Origin: Christensenellales bacterium
GTDB taxonomy: Bacteria > Bacillota > Clostridia > Christensenellales > UBA1242
Direction: 5' to 3'
Assembly (NCBI GenBank): GCA_051889995.1
Contig: JBJFDL010000003.1
Span: forward strand, 112,838 to 176,837
Length of the DNA: 64,000 nt
A model generated the notes under the pieces. It saw only the letters and a list, made by a program, of their open reading frames with translations. It was not told the DNA's origin and ran no database searches. The translations under genes were made by a program, and so were the position numbers. Below are positions 60,438-64,000 of this stretch, one piece after another. Each line of letters starts with the position of its first letter. The stretch's first letter is position 1.

Positions 60438-61160
60438 TTAGATTTTAGGTTCGAAATTTTCAAATATGATATTATCAACATATTTAATAATTTTCAAATA
60501 TTCTTCTTGACTTCTAATTGTCCAGGCAAGAATTGGTAAATTTGTTTTTTTACAATATTTGTTAGGCAAATCTTCTGCGTGATAACTAATAAAATTTGGA
60601 GAGCTTATTTTATTTAGTTTTAATTTTTTCAAAAGAATTTTCTTTACAAAATTTAATTTTTCATTTTTGAAATAACTTGATAATTGTCCTCTTAAAACAT
60701 TAGGGGCATTAATTTTAAACCATTCAAGCGTGTAAGGATTAAAACTTTGAATAGCATAGTCGCCGTCGTAGTTTTTTAAAATATCATAAGTTTTACTTTC
60801 TAGTTCACCAACTTTTAATGTGTTTTTGATTTCAATTAAAAGTGGAACTTGTCCGTTAACGAAATTTAAAACTTCTTGAAATGTTGGAATGGTGTAGTTA
60901 GAATTTAAAATGTGCAAATCTTTAATTTGCTCATAAGTTGAATTTGACAAATATTTATCAACTCCACAAAGTCTGCTTAATTTATTGTCATGAATAACAA
61001 CTACTGTGCCATCTTTTAAAAGTTGCAAATCTAATTCAATGCCATATCCATGGTCTATTGCACGCTTAAAAGCGCCTAATGTGTTTTCAGGATTTTCTTC
61101 GTTGTGAAAACCACGATGTGCTATATATTTATCTATTAAAAAATTATAAGTTCCTTCCAT
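60438..61160 (-). CDS. Glycerophosphodiester phosphodiesterase family protein
   Basis: IAHRGFH....ENTL.AF..A...GYGIELDLQLLKDGTVVVIHD is the GDPD catalytic signature. SD AAAGGAAA. Confidence 0.85.
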   Translation of the reverse strand: MEGTYNFLIDKYIAHRGFHNEENPENTLGAFKRAIDHGYGIELDLQLLKDGTVVVIHDNKLSRLCGVDKYLSNSTYEQIKDLHILNSNYTIPTFQEVLNFVNGQVPLLIEIKNTLKVGELESKTYDILKNYDGDYAIQSFNPYTLEWFKINAPNVLRGQLSSYFKNEKLNFVKKILLKKLKLNKISSPNFISYHAEDLPNKYCKKTNLPILAWTIRSQEEYLKIIKYVDNIIFENFEPKI

Positions 61161-61235
61161 AAAAATTTCCTTTATATTTTATTATATCAAATAATTTTTA
61201 AAAATAAAACAATTTTTAAATTTTTATTTGTTTTC

Positions 61236-61264
61236 TTGCATTTTTTGTAGAATATATATATAAT
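61236..61264 (+). promoter_or_regulatory. Promoter directing a leaderless lepA transcript
   Basis: TTGCAT (61236-61241), 17 nt, TATAAT (61259-61264), then 7 nt (ACAAAAT) and ATG 61272. No SD. Confidence 0.6.
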
Positions 61265-61271
61265 ACAAAAT

Positions 61272-63068
61272 ATGAATGATTATCAAAAGTATATAAGAAA
61301 TTTTTGTATTGTTGCTCATATTGACCACGGTAAAAGCACTCTAGCTGATAGATTGCTTGAATTTACAGGAACGGTTAATAAAAGAGATATGGAAAGTCAA
61401 CTTTTAGATAGTATGGAACTTGAGAAAGAAAGAGGAATTACTATTAAACTTGCAACTACAAAAATGAACTATGTAAAAGATGGAATAAATTATGAATTAA
61501 ATTTAATAGACACTCCAGGGCATGTCGATTTTACTTATGAAGTTTCACGTTCATTGGCAGCCTGTGAAGGAGCAATATTAATTGTTGATGCATCGCAAGG
61601 CGTTGAAGCACAAACACTTGCTAACCTATATTTGGCGTTAGAAAACAACTTAGAAATTTTACCTGTTATTAACAAGATTGACTTGCCAAGTGCAGACATC
61701 GAAAACACTAAAAAGGAAATTGAAGAAATAATTGGATTACCTAGTGAAATTGCACCACAAATTAGTGCAAAAGAAGGCACAAATATTAATCAGGTTTTAG
61801 ATGCTATAATAGATACATTTCCTGCGCCTAGTGGAGATATTAATAAGCCTTTGAAAGCATTAATCTTTGATAGTTTTTATGATGCTTATAAGGGAGCTGT
61901 ATGTTTAATAAGAATAGTTGATGGAGTCCTTAAAAGTGGCGATAAAATTCTTATGATGAGTAGTAATAAAACTTTTGACAGTGTTGAAGTTGGAATTTTT
62001 AATCCTAAAATGGTTTCTACTGGAATATTAAGAGCTGGCGAAGTTGGATATGTAACGGCAAGTATTAAGAATGTAACTGATACAAAAGTTGGTGACACAA
62101 TAACTTTGTGTGATAATCCAACCGAAAAACCATTAGATGGCTATAAAGAAGTGCAACCAGTTGTATTTTGTGGAATTTTTCCATCAGTTGGAGATAAATA
62201 TCAAGAGTTAAAAGACTGCTTGGAAAAACTAAAATTAAGTGATGCATCGCTATTTTATGAACCTGAAAGTTCAAAGGCGTTAGGTTTTGGTTTTAGATGT
62301 GGATTCTTAGGTCTGCTTCATATGGAAATCATAACTGAAAGAATAGAAAGAGAATTTAATCTTGAAATAATTACAACTGCACCAAGTGTTAATTATCTCG
62401 TTCATAAGACAAATGGCGAAGTTTTGGAAATTTCGAATCCAACAAATCTTCCTAAAATGCAAGAAATTGACTACATGGAAGAACCTATTTGTAAACTGAC
62501 AGTTTACACACCTCCAGAATATCTTGGTTCAATAATGGATTTATGTAACGAAAAACGTGGTATACAACTAGATATTAACTACATTGACCCTAAAAGAGTA
62601 GAAATAACATACGAAATACCACTAAATGAAGTTATTTATGATTTTTTTGATAGCTTAAAGAGCAGAACAAGGGGTTACGCCAGTTTAGATTATGAAATTA
62701 TTGGTTACAAAAAAAGTAATCTTGTTAAACTAGATATTTTACTAAACGGCGAAAGCTGTGATGCACTTTCAATTATTGTGCATAATGAATCTGCATACAA
62801 AAGAGGAAAGGCGATTACAGAAAAATTGAAAGAAATTATACCAAGGCAACTTTTTGAAATTCCAGTTCAAGCAACAATTGGAAGTAAAGTTATAGCAAGA
62901 GAAACTATTAAAGCATTACGCAAAGATGTTTTAAGTAAATGTTACGGTGGTGATATCACAAGAAAAAGAAAATTACTAGAAAAACAAAAAGAAGGTAAAA
63001 AACGTATGCGTCAAGTTGGTTCAGTTCAAATACCAAGTGAAGCATTTATAAGTATTTTAAAGATTTAA
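61272..63068 (+). CDS. lepA: Elongation factor 4 (LepA)
   Basis: [25 protein letters not shown] and NKIDL motifs. LepA-specific C-terminal domain ending ..[18 protein letters not shown]. Confidence 0.97.
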   Translation: MNDYQKYIRNFCIVAHIDHGKSTLADRLLEFTGTVNKRDMESQLLDSMELEKERGITIKLATTKMNYVKDGINYELNLIDTPGHVDFTYEVSRSLAACEGAILIVDASQGVEAQTLANLYLALENNLEILPVINKIDLPSADIENTKKEIEEIIGLPSEIAPQISAKEGTNINQVLDAIIDTFPAPSGDINKPLKALIFDSFYDAYKGAVCLIRIVDGVLKSGDKILMMSSNKTFDSVEVGIFNPKMVSTGILRAGEVGYVTASIKNVTDTKVGDTITLCDNPTEKPLDGYKEVQPVVFCGIFPSVGDKYQELKDCLEKLKLSDASLFYEPESSKALGFGFRCGFLGLLHMEIITERIEREFNLEIITTAPSVNYLVHKTNGEVLEISNPTNLPKMQEIDYMEEPICKLTVYTPPEYLGSIMDLCNEKRGIQLDINYIDPKRVEITYEIPLNEVIYDFFDSLKSRTRGYASLDYEIIGYKKSNLVKLDILLNGESCDALSIIVHNESAYKRGKAITEKLKEIIPRQLFEIPVQATIGSKVIARETIKALRKDVLSKCYGGDITRKRKLLEKQKEGKKRMRQVGSVQIPSEAFISILKI

Positions 63069-63137
63069 AAATTAAAATGTTTATTAAAATAAAAATATTA
63101 TTATTTTTATGCTTGAAGAAAGAGAAATTTTGTTTTT

Positions 63138-63164
63138 AGTCACTATTCAGTGACTTTTTTTTTA
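63138..63164 (+). terminator. Rho-independent terminator after lepA
   Basis: AGTCACT-ATTC-AGTGACT followed by T9. Confidence 0.85.
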
Positions 63165-63242
63165 TTAAAATTAATTTTTTAATTGAAAATTTGTCTGTAA
63201 TATGATATACTAAAATGTATTTTTATATAATAAGGTGAAAAA

Positions 63243-64000
63243 ATGAATTTTAAACGACTAGAAGTTGTTGGCTTTAAAAGTTTTGCTGACAAGACTGTGA
63301 TTGAATTTGATGGTGGAATAACTGGTATTGTAGGGCCTAATGGATGTGGAAAAAGCAATGTTGCCGATTCAATTCGTTGGGTTTTGGGTGAACAAAGTAG
63401 TAAACTTTTGCGTGGTTCAAGTATGCAAGATGTTATTTTTGCTGGAACAGAAAATCGTAAGAGTTTGAGTTATGCAGAAGTTACAATGGTTCTTGATAAT
63501 AGTGATAGGACTTTAAATATAGATTACAATGAAGTTTCAATAACAAGAAAATTATATCGTAATGGTGATAGTGAATATATTTTAAACAACACACCTTGCA
63601 GATTGAAAGATATTATTGACATATTACATGATAGTGGAATTGGTAGAGATGGCTACTCAATTATTGGACAAGGTAAAGTTGATGAAATCGTAAATTCTAA
63701 ACCAGAAAACAGAAGAATTATTTTTGAAGAGGCGGCAGGCATTTCAAAATTTAAAGCCAAAAAGGTTGAAGCAAGTCGTAAGCTTGAAAGGACAAGGGAA
63801 AATTTATCTAGATTACGTGATATTTTAGCAGAAATCGAAAGACAACTAACTCCTCTTAAAAATCAAGCGGAAAATGCCAAGAAATATTTAATTTTAAAAG
63901 AAAATTTAAAAAAGGCTGAAATTAATAACTACATATATCAATACGACAATGCAAGCAATAATAAAGAAGCAATTAATATTAAAATTAGAGCAATTAGCGA
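63243..64000 (+). CDS. smc: Chromosome partition protein Smc, N-terminal part (3' end beyond window)
   Basis: My translation from ATG 63243: MNFKRLEVVGFKSFADKTVIEFDGGITGIVGPNGCGKSNVADSIRWVLGEQS..., the SMC head with its Walker A. SD AAGGTGA. The frame is open to the window end and the gene is not in the ORF track. Confidence 0.9.
   Translation, partial: MNFKRLEVVGFKSFADKTVIEFDGGITGIVGPNGCGKSNVADSIRWVLGEQSSKLLRGSSMQDVIFAGTENRKSLSYAEVTMVLDNSDRTLNIDYNEVSITRKLYRNGDSEYILNNTPCRLKDIIDILHDSGIGRDGYSIIGQGKVDEIVNSKPENRRIIFEEAAGISKFKAKKVEASRKLERTRENLSRLRDILAEIERQLTPLKNQAENAKKYLILKENLKKAEINNYIYQYDNASNNKEAINIKIRAIS

Noticed and set aside
61241-61271. dif-like / palindromic element TTTTGTAGAATATATATAATACAAAA upstream of lepA, which resembles the B. 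subtilis dif core TAGAATATATAT.
   Set aside because: The outer arms match dif poorly, about 7 of 11 positions each. The same bases are fully explained as spacer plus TATAAT -10 of the lepA promoter. Location next to lepA gives no support for a terminus region.

Overview
All calls below come from reading the supplied translations and the DNA by eye. No database search or computation was run.

The window is strongly AT-rich and very gene-dense. It looks like a core chromosomal segment of a low-GC, Clostridia-like endospore former with a compact genome. Evidence for sporulation is spoIIGA-sigE-sigG plus an unlisted spoVM. The genetic code is standard: TGA terminates murA and rimM. About 62 protein genes are present and all but 5 lie on the + strand.

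The backbone, in order:
- engB, infC-rpmI-rplT, a TrmH-family methyltransferase, yebC
- ruvCAB-queA-[LRR]-tgt-yajC, secDF, recJ-rel-hemZ
- [LRR], rpsU, pcrA-ligA, gatCAB, rpoZ-priA
- [orphan]-def-fmt-rlmN
- a small three-gene island: YgjV-like membrane protein, helical orphan, class III cyclase
- ylxM-ffh-rpsP-KH, rimM-trmD, rbgA-rnhB-yraN-rsgA-rpe-spoVM
- rpmB (-), yloU-yloV, a small Cys/Ser/Lys-rich protein (-)
- feoAB, murA-ftsQ, [orphan], ftsA-ftsZ-[DUF4279-like], [two LRR genes]
- spoIIGA-sigE-sigG, a GDPD-family gene (-), lepA, and the smc 5' end

I saw no rRNA, tRNA, CRISPR array, transposase or integrase.

The points most worth a second look:
1. A four-member family of BspA/LRR_5-type repeat proteins without signal peptides. 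They share N- and C-terminal caps and sit in junctions of conserved operons.
2. A recurring TATAAT-N6/7-start-codon architecture, which implies leaderless mRNAs for at least six genes.
3. Two apparent AUU-initiated genes: infC (the classic case) and, unexpectedly, rsgA.
4. Two real genes below the ORF-track length cutoff: spoVM (25 aa) and rpmB (59 aa).
5. A long RSH (Rel) whose hydrolase (HD) motifs look degenerate.
6. Several lineage-specific orphans placed inside otherwise conserved operons: priA/def, ftsQ/ftsA and ftsZ/spoIIGA.

I did not find a clear-cut novel defence or mobile system. The accessory content is small and scattered.
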